64,000 bases of DNA. It comes from Lytechinus pictus (Eukaryota). Positions 49,401 through 61,473 of the stretch are shown here, one piece after another. Below the pieces are notes generated by a model. It did no database searches, was not told the DNA's origin, and worked only from the letters and a program-made list of their open reading frames with translations. Each line of letters starts with the position of its first letter. Positions within the stretch are counted from its first letter, which is position 1. The stretch covers positions 19,098,001 through 19,162,000 of the forward strand of contig NC_087252.1 in assembly GCF_037042905.1 (NCBI RefSeq), read 5' to 3'. The translations under genes and the position numbers were made by a program.

Positions 49401-52400
49401 TTCCTCATTCTGTATTTCCTCCTCAACTGGTTTGATTTGTAAAACAAATTATCTTGTTTATTTCACTAATTTGCTCATTATTTTGTATCATAAACCTTTT
49501 TAGGACAAGAATAAGATAATGGTAAAAATAAAATGTGAATTGAATTGTTATGTAGTATGTATTTAACTTCCTGTTATCCTTTCAGTCATTCACCTTCACT
49601 TTTTTACAAACTCCCCCAATGTCATCTAAGAATTCCAAAATCCCCAATACCATTTAACTCCTAAACCCTGACCATTAATGACCAACCCTCAGTGATGTCA
49701 GCTAACTTCAAGGAACAAAATTTCTAAGAAGTATGACTCACACTTCCAGCCCCAGTCACTTGCACAGAGCATCACCACACCCCTTTTACGAGAGAAAGTT
49801 TGATACACAGTTACCTGTAGACCAATCAGAGCAAGTTTAGATCCCTCCCACCTTAAATTGTTACACCCCAAACTAATGATATAGTTAAGACTTCTTGGTT
49901 AAATTAGAAAGAGAGAGAATATTAGACCCACACTCATTCATATAGACTGACAGATTTCAAGACTTAGACGTCCATCCAATATTATTTTAACTTCAGAATC
50001 TTAATCTTATACTTTGAAATTATCATATCCATCGTCTCCTGTTTTATCTGAACCTTCGTTGATATCTTCATGTACTTCAAATTGTAAACTGTAGCTGATT
50101 ATTGATTATTAAATACCCTGTGATTTTGAACTGCAAATAACTTTCTTCAGAGTTCATCATTTATATTCATTTAAGCTTCCCTATATATATTTACCGATCC
50201 CAAACATGACAGAATGTACATCCAAGACTCTGCAAAATACATTAAAAAAAATGGGCACATTTTGGTATTTGTTTATCATCAGCTTTGGTCACATGCACGC
50301 CATGTTTGAATGTGCCTTCCTGGAACTCCCTCCCAGTTTGCTTTTTCTTTGTTTCTTTTTTTTTCTTAGAATAAAAAAAAAGTGTATTTAACGTTTACAT
50401 TTGATTTTGCATCTAAATCTTGTTTATTTCACAGGATCAACAACTGTGTTGGAGAATTCAATCAAAAGTACTTCATTCAATTCCTGTTTTATGTTGGTGA
50501 GTTTCATCCTATTTTTACCGTTATTCTCCTCCTCATCCTTTACTTTCATGCCCTTTCCCCTGTTTGTAAATAAATATGTTCTTGCTCCTGCATGTAAGTA
50601 TTCTATTCTTCAATTACTGTTATTCTCTCCTTTTTTCCTGCCTCCAACCAGGGGCAAATCTAGGATTTTCCAAAAAGGTGGGGGCATATTTTTCCAAGCA
50701 AAAAAAAAAGGGTGTCAATAAAAAATGAAAGTAATTTTGTCCCACTTCTTCTCTTGTGTATGAACGACATATTCCCATTCAAAACTATGACTCTTACTAA
50801 AAAGGAGGGACATTGGCTGTAAATGCCCCCCCCCCCCCCCCCCCGATCCAACATTGCTGAATATTCTTGCGGACTTCTCCATTTCTCATCCCCCTTATTT
50901 CATCGTACTCTTTGTCTACATTAGTTATACCTCTGCTAATAAAAGTTTGAAATGGGTATATACGTGTACATATAGGACTTGGCGTACAGTTGGACATCAG
51001 GTAGTCTGGTGGTCAGTCTGTATTGCAGAGATAACTGCCTTTTCATTTTGTACCCAATTTTACACACAAAATGATCTTGAATGAAGACATGTAAGGCACA
51101 TTTTTTTACTGTTGTTACAGCACATTATTGCTATAAAATCAAGGATAATGCAATTTTCATGTGTTTCCTCAGAAGGCTGCTATGATAGGGTGGGGGAATT
51201 TATCAAAAGTGTATTTCCTTTTATTTTCTATTTTTTCTTATTTTATTTGGACTGTTTTATCCAGTCATTGGCCCATTGAGAGATAGATTCAGTACATTTG
51301 TTTTGTTATTCCTTAAATTCAATTTTGAATAATAAATTCTACTTTAATAATCAGAATTTTCATAATCACATCACTTTTGCATAATGTACTCCCATATGCA
51401 AATGTGTACTAGTATAAATCAATGTAGTTATAAACCATGTGGTTTATTTTCTTTCTTTGTAAAATCTCTAGGTATGGCATCATTATATTCCATTATTTTA
51501 CTCATCATTGCATGGACGGGGGAATGCCCTTCATGTTCAAATATGGATGAAAAGAATGCAAGAATGTAAGTATCAATTTATTTCCTTTGCCATATTGTGA
51601 TTTTAAGTACACCAGTCTATTTCCATAAGATACGTGTCTATATATATATAGCAGGGCTTAACATAATGTTATGGCTACATACAGAATTTGCATTGGATTT
51701 TGTACATGAAATCACGTTTTTTAAGCAATTTTGGGTCTGACATGCATTTACAAAACGTCACTTCGGACCTGTGAACCCCCTTGTTGCAAATTTGCGTTGC
51801 GCGAGACTTGAAGGAAGTATTAATGTTATGAAACATCGCGGCACAATCTTTTTCTCGTAATAGATTTATTGTGAAAATGTCAAGGGGGGGGGCAAATACA
51901 GCCGGGCTGGATAGGGTTTATATCATTGAAATAATATTTAATTGAAGTTCATTAGAAGAAAAGCTATTAAGGTTTTAAAAGAATGTCATTAAACATTGTA
52001 ATATACCTAAAAGCTTTGATTCAAGTACTTAAGAGATTATCTTGGATTATTTTTTTGAATGTCCTATTCTTTTTATTTGACCAGAGCTCATTCAATAGTC
52101 CTGGTTGTTATATCACTTCTATTTGGTTTGTTTGTTGCTGCCATCGGCTGTGATCAGGTGAGGATATTTCTTCTTTCTTTGCTTTTCTTTTTCATAAGTT
52201 TCTCTTTTTTTTATCATTACCGCTATCATCGCTACCACCGTAACTGTAGCCTACGCTGTGTGTTAATGTACCCTCCCTTTTATGTTATGGTTGGAAACAA
52301 TCTTTCCCTCTGATAGGATATTATAGGGGAAGTTTACCCTGCAGAAAACTTTGTTGTAAAAATAGCGAAAAAATAATTAAAAATATTGTAAAGGTATGAG

Positions 52401-54540
52401 GAAAATCCGTTAAAGATTAAGAAAGTTATTAGAATTTTAAGTTTTTGATTTGTGATGTCATATGCGAGCAGCATTTCTCAGCAATTACGCATTTTCTTCC
52501 AGAGCTATTTGGCACATATTTTTGATTTATACATACATACAAACACTTTGGTGGTAATTTCATTGGATTCTGTTCGAATTGTTACCACAACTGGTATTTA
52601 TCTTTGAATAATCCCTTTAATTGCATTGATAATTACAGATAAGCGCAATATTTGAGGATGAGACGTTAGTGGAGCAGGTTAAGAATAGAGGGCAGCAGAG
52701 AACCGCAACTCAACGGACCAAGATGGATTTACTCAGGGAAGTCTTTGGTAAAGGTAGGTTTTGATATCATCCTATAAATCTGGCTCACATCTCTGTGTTT
52801 TTAGCTTGTGAAAATTCAGCTGTGTATTGCCTGAAGATAGACAAACACAGTCAAATGCATGAGGACTTCATTTAAACTCAGCAATATTTTATACTTGCAA
52901 AAAAACGTATGTGTTGTTAAATCAAATTACTCAGCTGGTGAGGAATGAAAATGCATTGTTTTTGTGATCAGAAGTTGTACTGCGTTTTTCTTGTTCGAAC
53001 CAAATAGTTGGCAATTACATTAAATTGAATTTTGTGCAATTATGTAATCTTAAAGCTAAAACCTACAAAGAGATGGGGTTTTGATACAACAAGATGGGTA
53101 TTTGAAGCTTTTGATATGCATGAATCTCATATTGTTGCATTATAGTACTTCTTATCTTGGCAATATGCGTATAAGTATTGGTTTCATCTGTTTATAGCGG
53201 TTCAAAAGACAACTTTTTTCTGAAACATAATCAAATTGATTACTTTGGGGTCCATGAAAGGTGATGTGTATTCACTGAAGTTTCAGTACTGCAATACTTT
53301 TATACTGTCATTATGTCTGGGAGGGGAAGGGGAAATAGTGCAGATGCCATTCCTTTTTAAGGGTCTATTTGTTTGCTTGGTTTTTTTTTTTTTCTATTTT
53401 TTGGGGGGTGTTAGCTTCTTAACAAATCTTGAACAAAAAAAATGCATTTCTCATGATTGGTGATTTGGGGGGGTTTGGGGGCTTGTCAATTTTATGTTGC
53501 TACGATTTGACAAACCTTCAGAATGGGTAGGATCGGGGGAAAATGAACCATTTTACCAGGAGTCAGCGAAAAAATAATATGCAGTAATATTTAATATATA
53601 TGAAGAGTTTAGTTGCAAAAGGGGTTAGGTCCACGTTGGACCATTCCGAGAAAAGCCATGTTTTTTATTCTCACTTATTGCAATATTCTTATGAGAAAAT
53701 AAATTGTCATGATGTACTACCCTATCATGTGAACATAAAATTGGGTATAAAAGAAATCTACCTATCTTCAATTTTTTTTCTATATATTTTTTGAAAAATT
53801 ATCATTGTGGACCTAACCCCTTTTGCAAGTAAACTGAATGAATCCAATCTCTTTTGATTAAAAAGGTGTTTTTTCTTTGCCATTTTCATTCACGTTTTCA
53901 TTTGAATTTCAAATTTTCTTTGGTATCATCAGAGTGACTAAAAATTTAGAGGTTTAGAGACAGAAAACAATAAAATTTATGAAAAAATGACCTAACCCCT
54001 TTTGACAAATGAGTTCTTCAGAAGAGTTTGGTTGCAAAAGGGGTTAGGTCCACTCCAAGAAAATCATTATTTTAATTCTCCCATATTGCAATATTCTTAT
54101 GCGAAACTGAATTTTTTTTAATACCCTACCATGAGAACATAAAATTGGGTATAAAAAGAAATCTACCTGTCTTCATATTTTTTATGATATTATATTCCTA
54201 AAAAATTCTGTGTGGACCAAACCCCTTTTGCAACTAAACTGAAATAGACCTAACCCCTTTTGAAAAAAGGTGATTTTTCTTTGCCATTTTAGATCACTTT
54301 TAAATAGGAATTTCAACTTTTCTTTGGTATCTTATAGAGCTACTAAAATCTATACATTGAGACATAAAAATCAAATTCGATGAAAAATGGACCTAACCCC
54401 TTTTGCAAGTGAGCTCTTCATATAAAAACAATTTAATATAATATTTTTTTTGTTTCTTTACAGGTCCCATATGGTACTGGATCATCCCTTGCCGTTCTAC
54501 TCAGTACAGACGATTCATTCCACCAAGCTTTAACGTGTAA
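37291..54540 (+). CDS. ZDHHC3-like: DHHC palmitoyltransferase, ZDHHC3/ZDHHC7-like, 9 coding exons, 275 aa
   Basis: Exons: 37291-37412, 45186-45274, 47126-47205, 49093-49208, 50435-50496, 51472-51565, 52085-52157, 52639-52753, 54464-54540 (828 nt, all GT-AG, phase-consistent). Motifs are [40 protein letters not shown] and DETLVE, with four TM segments and a C-terminal SFNV. The subfamily is inferred from the N-terminal DPCG..ITY...YADYVV pattern. Confidence 0.93.
37478..38967. mobile_element. Non-autonomous DNA transposon with CACAGTG termini and a 3-bp TAT TSD (CMC/Chapaev/EnSpm-like)
   Basis: TAT|CACAGTGAACCACTGCAGTTT...AAACTGGTCTGGCTCACTGTG|TAT, with subterminal AAAACGG(A/C) and AAAAGGGC repeats in both orientations. 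Confidence 0.8.
39425..42911. mobile_element. Mutator/foldback-like element with a 9-bp TSD, CCAACGATG repeat arrays and an internal (TAACCC)n tract
   Basis: AAAATAGAG is duplicated at 39416-39424 and 42912-42920. The ~65-bp TIR has the core AACTGCAGAATACCC(G/C)GACACTGC. Arrays lie at 39600-40835 and 42050-42670. Confidence 0.87.
40837..40877. repeat. Interstitial telomere-like repeat (TAACCC)~7
   Basis: ACCCTAACCCTAACCCTAAACCTAACCCTAACCCTAACCCT. Confidence 0.9.
43465..43866. mobile_element. MITE with a 17-bp perfect TIR
   Basis: CAGTAGAGGTGCTGGTC...GACCAGCACCTCTACTG; no clear TSD. Confidence 0.7.
44660..44960 (-). mobile_element. L2-clade LINE 3' fragment with an (ATC)n tail
   Basis: Minus frame [40 protein letters not shown]. 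Confidence 0.8.
45186..45274 (+). CDS. ZDHHC exon 2 (TM2, DPG)
   Basis: Reads (S)[29 protein letters not shown](G). Confidence 0.92.
45528..46121. mobile_element. TTAA-flanked MITE (Kolobok-like)
   Basis: TTAA|AGGGGAATCCAGCC...GGTTGGATTCCCCT|TTAA. Confidence 0.8.
47126..47205 (+). CDS. ZDHHC exon 3
   Basis: Reads (G)[31 protein letters not shown] acceptor and GTGAGT donor. Confidence 0.88.
47286..48266 (-). mobile_element. Helentron/HINE-like element with an internal ~163-bp array and a (GGC)n microsatellite
   Basis: Subterminal inverted repeat GTCTCGCCTGCAT / ATGCAGGCAAGAC; about 4.5 units containing AGGTCAAAGGTCA or a close variant; ends ...CACTTGT. Confidence 0.7.
48793..49070 (+). mobile_element. 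tRNA-derived SINE
   Basis: A box TGGCTCAGGTGGTAGAGC, B box GGAGTTCAAACC, and a (TTTCA)n-like tail. Confidence 0.75.
49093..49208 (+). CDS. ZDHHC exon 4 (DHHC cysteine-rich domain)
   Basis: Reads [38 protein letters not shown](W). Confidence 0.97.
50435..50496 (+). CDS. ZDHHC exon 5
   Basis: Reads (W)[20 protein letters not shown](G). Confidence 0.95.
51472..51565 (+). CDS. ZDHHC exon 6
   Basis: Reads (G)[30 protein letters not shown](I). Confidence 0.9.
52085..52157 (+). CDS. ZDHHC exon 7 (TM4)
   Basis: Reads (I)[24 protein letters not shown]. Confidence 0.9.
52639..52753 (+). CDS. ZDHHC exon 8
   Basis: Reads [17 protein letters not shown]...LLREVFGK(G). Confidence 0.92.
53602..54419 (+). 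mobile_element. Dimeric MITE with an ATAT TSD (Sola-like), copy 2
   Basis: ATAT|GAAGAG...GCTCTTC|ATAT; same family and internal junction as 30452-31266. Confidence 0.85.
54464..54540 (+). CDS. ZDHHC exon 9 (terminal)
   Basis: Reads (G)[24 protein letters not shown]. Confidence 0.9.
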
Positions 54541-56832
54541 CATCACCGTCCTATCATCATCATCATCATCACTTCTTTCATCAACGCCTGAGGCGTCATT
54601 CATGAAACACCTTATGAGCCACTTTCACTGACTAGCTTGCTCTCAGCCAATCAGATGCAAGGATTTCAGTAGCTTATAACAGTTGTTGGTGAAAACCACT
54701 GATTATTTGTTTCATGAACTGCTCTCCTTCTTCACAATACATGATTCGTCTCAGTACTTGTGCTGCTTCAGATCCGGTGTGACAGGGGTCAGTGAGATGG
54801 ATATATTTTGTGTGCAATGCCAATGGGATATGATCGGACTAAAGAGGGAGCGGTCACATGGAGCACTTTTTGTCCACTTGGAGCTTAAACAGTTGTTGAC
54901 CAGTCGAATTCCATACAAGTTGGTGGTATTTATGATGTTATCAAAGGTTAAGGGTTGTTCTTAATCTTCATAACTGAGAGTTGTGCTTTATTATCTTCAT
55001 AAGTTGAGGGTTGTTCTTCATAGTCCTACCATGTTTGCACAAGATTTAACGACTTTCATTAAGCTTCAATCCCAATTACTAACATTTTAGATTCTCAAGA
55101 AAGATGTAATTTGGGAACTCATTGGAAGCACGTTGAGTCACACTCACACTTTGTGATAAGTACTATCTTGAATGAATGAATCTTGAGTTATGAGAAATGG
55201 TTTCTTTGAAGTTTGGCTGGGATGGAAGAGTCATCCGTAGGGCAACTTGTCAAAGGACCGCTTGGGTCTTTTAGCAGGATTCCTGCCATAAGGGCACTAT
55301 GGTGCCTTCTCACTGACAGAAGGAAGCAACTCTTGTTTAATGAGTTTCTTAGTAAATGTGCAGTTATTTTAAGTGGACATATATAGACTTACCTGCTTTT
55401 GAAACATCTATATTTCAGAAATTGGGGGTTGTGTGACTCCAGTTCCTATGTAAAGCATACAGAAATGGCCCAAATCAAGAAAAAAGTCAATAAAAAAAAA
55501 TCAAGAGTTGCTTCCGTTTGTCATGGGGGGACAGTATGAGTCTTTCAATGAAAGCGTTTCCGCATCCCCCATTGTTTTGTCTGTGGTGTGGTTTGAGGAT
55601 TGGTCATGATGAGCTATTTCCTGGGCGCTGTAACACAAAGATTAGCGATCAATCGCTCAAACTGACCAATCAATATCAATGTTACATGCGTCAGTGCGGT
55701 TCTTTCATATTTGCAATCCATTGCAAACCTTTGTGTTATGGAGCCCAGGATTCCTGCATGGAAGATGTGGCTCTGACTTTGACAAGGTATCTAATCCTCT
55801 TTGATTACTCCATTATCCAATCAAGGCCAAAAGAGATTGTCCATCAGGGCCTCGTAACATAAAACTTATACCTCAGTCACATTTGCTCTATGGCAAGTCA
55901 AAAACAGCTATTTAAAAAAATTCTGTATTAGCTACATATGGGTGGTTTGAATAAAAATGGATAAAACGGCTGTTTTCAACTCCCCGTGCGGCCGTCGTTT
56001 TTTTTTAAATGTGACTGTAGCATTTAATCACTTCAGTTTTCACTTCTAGTTCTCTTGCTTAATCCTAATATTTCCATGATTTTACTATTCAGTGAAATAT
56101 TACTTCATTTTTTTTTTTTTTTTTGGGGGGGGGCTGCCCATGCTGTCTATTATGTAGTCTAAAAGTAGTCAACCATCAAGACTCCCATAATAAGCATTGG
56201 CGGAACCTGTATTATGAAATGCAAGAATTTCCTGCCCACAAACCCTGCATGAAATTGGTGGATGCCACTATCCCTGCTAATTGGTATTTGTGTTTAGGGT
56301 GTTATGATGAGAAATTTGATTTGGCACTTTTTAGCCAATTTTTCTATAAAAGATTTGATGATTTAAGGGGATTTAATATCTTGAGTGGTGGGAGAGAAAG
56401 TGTATTGGATAGACCTCTATGTATTCTGGTGTCATCTGTAGTGAGCTTTTCCTTGTCCATTTAGTGTCAAAACTTTACAAGTCATGACAATCACAAAATG
56501 TATTACAGAATCGTTAATTTGAAACATTTATATAGATATATATATTTTATAAAAAGATGTAAGTATAATAATTGTAGAATAACAAAATTGTTGCATAATC
56601 GAGAAATTCATAGTCCAGTGTCGGGATGTGTGATGCCACAGTCATATTAAATTATTGTGACAGTGGAATGTCAATGAATTGATTATAGGCCTATATTATT
56701 TTGCAGTATATTGTATTGCACCACATCCTTTAAAACTCAAGTTGGATACATTTCTCAAAGTAAAAATATAACCTGTTGTAATAAAACAGGAAAGGAACTT
56801 TGTTTTAATAGTTTGCAGCCCTATTTGAATTA

Positions 56833-57090
56833 GGCACATCGTAGTCTAGTGGTTTTGACTCTTGTCTTTCAAACAGAAGGTTGTGGGTTCGAATCCCAGC
56901 CATGATGTAATTTCCTTCAAGAAATTGAGCTGCACTCAACCCAGGTGGGTTCCTGGCAGGATTAATTCTGTGAATGCACTGAGTTCTGCTAATAAAGTGG
57001 GAGCTTGAGCTTAAGATGCGAGGGTAAAAAATATATTGCACTCTGTATGCTCTGTTAAAATGCACTATATAAATTTAGCTTTTATTATTA
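56833..57090 (+). mobile_element. tRNA-derived SINE (same family as 63690-63966)
   Basis: GTAGTCTAGTGG A box, GGGTTCGAATCCC B box, GCTGCACTC(A)ACCCAGGTG core and a TTA tail. Confidence 0.75.
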
Positions 57091-60000
57091 AGCCTAAAAA
57101 AATTGTCATGTTGGATATAAAAATATGCAAAAACAAGGTTGCTTTTTTTTCAGTTTTCAGACCTTATACAAATGCAATGTTTTTGTGAGAAAATGTCAGA
57201 TTTGGCCAGAAAATTGTTCAAAGTTTGTGTTCAGTGGCTTAAAAATACACTGTAATGAGTTTTGACTGCATACATGTAAATAGATTGTTTCATGCATGAT
57301 TTTCTTTGAGCAGCGCAGCAGCGAAGGTATTAATAAAGACAAAAAAAAACGATCGTCAAATTTGGGGGTTATGAGGGCATCATAACATTTTTTTAGGCCT
57401 TAATTACATGCATCAACTGTTCTTATATTTCATAAGCATTAAACTACTAAGACAAGTTTTCTTGGATTATGCAATGAGTACTCTCTCCAAACTTAGCATT
57501 GGGTAGAGTATGTATGGTGCAATTTGTGGATTTCATTAAAAAATATCATAAATTTTTAAGAAAATATGCTTTTTTTGTTTCAATATACTTGCAGATGCAT
57601 GGCTTTTTTTGGCCACATTGCATCATTAAAAATCATGTTGCACAGTTGAAAAATCTTTTTACATGCATATGATCATGATTGCTTTGACCAAACTTATGAC
57701 ATCCATGCGTTCTAGTCTCATCCACAGATTTACTGACATGTAGACCACCTTGAAACTATTTCAACATAGCTTTAAAAATGTGTTTTGTTGTATTTGCTAG
57801 AGTTGCATATGATAATTTTGTTAAGAAGATATGTGGCATCGAGCAGTAACTTTGTATGTTTTGAATCATTACTAAGATTATCAATGTCATCATCATTGTC
57901 ATAACCAACACCATCGCCCATATCAACACGGAATTTTTTGCTTCACAAATTTGAATAGCATTTTTGGTCATAACAGAAAAGCTCTCAACTAAGTAATGTA
58001 CAGTCCTATGTAAAAATATGCTATACAAAAGACTTTATGCATAGCAGTCTTTCAAAATTGTGGAGCAAATTGTGATGCGATACCAGGAAAATTATTCCCT
58101 GCAAGATCATCGTCATTATCATAATCACCACCATCATCATCAACATAATCATTATAATGCCATCGTCGTCATCATTAACATCATCATCACCTTTACCATC
58201 ATCATCATCATTCATCACCATCATCATCACCACCATCATCATGACTACCGCCACCATCACCATCATCTTTATTATTTTCTAACTCAGCTCACCCATGATG
58301 TGGGATGCAAAACTTACATGGCAGTTTCATTTGTGTATAGCAATATTTGAGGTGATAAACCAAGCATGTATGTGAACGAACCATTCATGATGTATTATTT
58401 AATCTTTATATATTTATATTTTTCTTCCGTCAATGCAACTCTTCCTTCTCTTCTCTTTCTCTGGATGTTGTGGTGTCTTTTGATATAAAGTCGCAATGGA
58501 TATAGGGGTATAGTGTGGAATATTAATTATTAATATGTTATGGTTTTATGGGTAGCACTTCGGTAGCAGCAGCCAGCAGATGAGGGTCTCATTGCATAAA
58601 AGGTTGCATATAGTATTAACTTTGCCATCCAATGGTAACTACCAAGGAGTCAAGGATTTGCTCGAAGTTACCATTACTTAGTAGAGTTACCACAATTGCA
58701 AATTTTTTGAAGCATGGGGACTAGTGTTCTGTAGTGGCAGTCTTGATTTTAGTTGGGGGAAGGGGTAGGCAGGATAGTCTTTAATAGCAAAAACTTATTT
58801 TGTATTGCCGTGTTTATAGCAAGAGAGAGAGGGAATACTGTGAGTGATGGAAAATAAAGATATCAGACTGACAGAACGATGGTTCAGGAGAAAATAATAG
58901 ATTATAGAGGGAAAGAAAAAAGAGGAAAAAGGAAATGGGGGAAGTAGAATGAATTTAATGATAATTGCATAAATAATTTAATACTATTTGTATAACTTCA
59001 TTTATAATGAATGTGTTAGGATTATAATTTATAAATATCAAATTGCATATTAAAATATTATTTTGCAAGTTGTGTTTTATCTGAATGTAATAATGAACTA
59101 CAATTAGGTGGGATGTACATGTGTGATCGTGTGTAATGTAATTTTGTACTTTGTTTGCAATTGTAAAGCCTTTAATATCATTGCGAGCATTAAGTTCTAA
59201 CTCTATGCAAAATATGCGAGAAATTTTTTTTACATTTATTTTATTATGTATCTCTATTGACAGGCTTCACGAACTTGGTTTTGGGTTTTGTTTTTTTTAT
59301 GTCATTTTTTATTCATGCTGGTAAACAAGGCTCCATTTGCATCCTATGACAAGATGTCTATCTAACTTTGCCACTCTCCACCCAGGTTTAGTAAATGGGT
59401 ACCCAGTAGCAAATAACTCCTTGAATGCTTGAGTGCCCGATCAGGGTAGCTGTGCTAAAGTTGGGGTTATAGTATGCACTATTTAAATGTAGCATATTAC
59501 TATTTTTGCTAATTTCTCAGCAAAGAACCACATTCTTCCAAGTTCCTTCAGCACATATTTATTATTCATGCATACAGACACTTTGGTAGTAAATCCATTG
59601 TATTCTGTATGAATTCATTTTGATATTGTTACCCCGACTGGTATATATATTTAAATAAAATGGTGCTCATTTGACACATAAGTTCTAGACTTGATTTTTC
59701 AATAAAATGTGTATTTCATACCCCAGGGCTTCATTACATGTATCCAAGACTCAAACAGGGAATAGGCTCAAGTATTCATATTTTAACCTAATGTGAAGAA
59801 TGGTTTTGATATTTAATACAATCCACGACCCGTGCAGATTAGTAGTGTCATTATGTTTAAAGTTTGCAAGATGTTCATCGTGTAAAAATTGTTGCAAGGC
59901 AACCTTTTTTTTTATAGACATGAAAATCTTTTGTTTAATAGAGATCCTTCTCCATTTATGTTGGACATCTAGATTTGTTTTATTAGCCAGTGGTAGAAAA

Positions 60001-61473
60001 ATTATGCTTTATCAAGCAAATATTGTTGTTTATATGAGATTATTATATTTGTCACATGTCATTGGGAATTTAAAGAAAAAATATGAAATTTCACAGAGAA
60101 TAATTTCTATCTGTCATTTTTCTTGTGTGATATTTGTATGATATATATACAGTATATGAGATTGATAATGTTTAAAGATTGAAAAGAGAGAGAAAAGAGG
60201 AAGGGGGAGAGGGAGAGAGAAAGAGAAGGGAGAGAGAGAGACATAAATAGAAATGGGGGAGAGAGAGAGATAGAGAGGGGGAGAGCAGAGGAGGGAGATA
60301 GGGAGGGTTGAGATACAAGAGAGAGAGTAGAGGGAATATGACTTGACATTAATAGTTGTATAAGAATTGTTTCATCACCATCATCAGTACCATCATTATC
60401 ACCACCATCACCAATCATCATCATCACCACCATCACCAATCATCATCACCACCACTATCACCATCATCACCACCACCACCGTCATCATTTTCATCCTATC
60501 TGATGTACTTTTCTGTCATTAATGTTATCATTTAAGCAGTAGTAGTATTGTCATCAGCATTATCATTCAGCTACGATTAACTTCAAAGTAAAACAAATGA
60601 TAAAAGATGATATTCTGAAAGAGAACACAATTTATTACAGAAGTTTCATTTGCAATTATCATGATTAACAAATATGAGCAAATGAGGTACTTATCTCAGT
60701 GAAAATTAATAGAAGCACATCTGACATGAAGATATTACCTCAGTAATAATAATGTAATAACAATAAGATAATAAAGTTCCTTTCAGTTTACAATATGACA
60801 TTCTCCATACACCATTGGACAATGATTTACATATTTTTTTATCTACGTTTGATCCCTTAATTATGATAAATCTACAAGAATATTTGATGAAATATTCTCT
60901 CGAAAAAATGTGTACACTAAAAATAGACGAGTAGGATGCGAATAGAAAATTAAATAAAAAATACCACTATTATTGAATTGTTATATTTTTAAAACCCAAT
61001 ACAATTAAGCCTAATTGACTGTGATATGTGGATATTTTAATAAAACCATTATAGCCGGTGAATCTTCAAATAACCAGTAAACAATGTATTAGAGATATAT
61101 ATATAGGGCCGACGTTGCAGCATTTTTGTAAGTATGTCGTGGACGTTTGAAGCAGCACAACTTTGTTTTATCAATGTTGGAGAGGATTTTTTTTTATATG
61201 ATAATCGATGCGTATACAATACATAACTAAATATATATATGTATTTGGAGTTTATTATTCAACTCATTTATTTCCACAATATGTGATATGTTTTGCCTCT
61301 CAAAAAGTCTAAAATCATTTCGCTTTGACAAAGGGCATTTTGACCAAAACAGAGTTGTGCAAAGCATGATGTTGAAATTTAGTTCGAAACATCATTCGGG
61401 ATTTTCTTTTGATGATATTGATGTTGTTGTTGTTACTGCTGCTGCTTATGATTTTCATATTGGTAATATTTTT

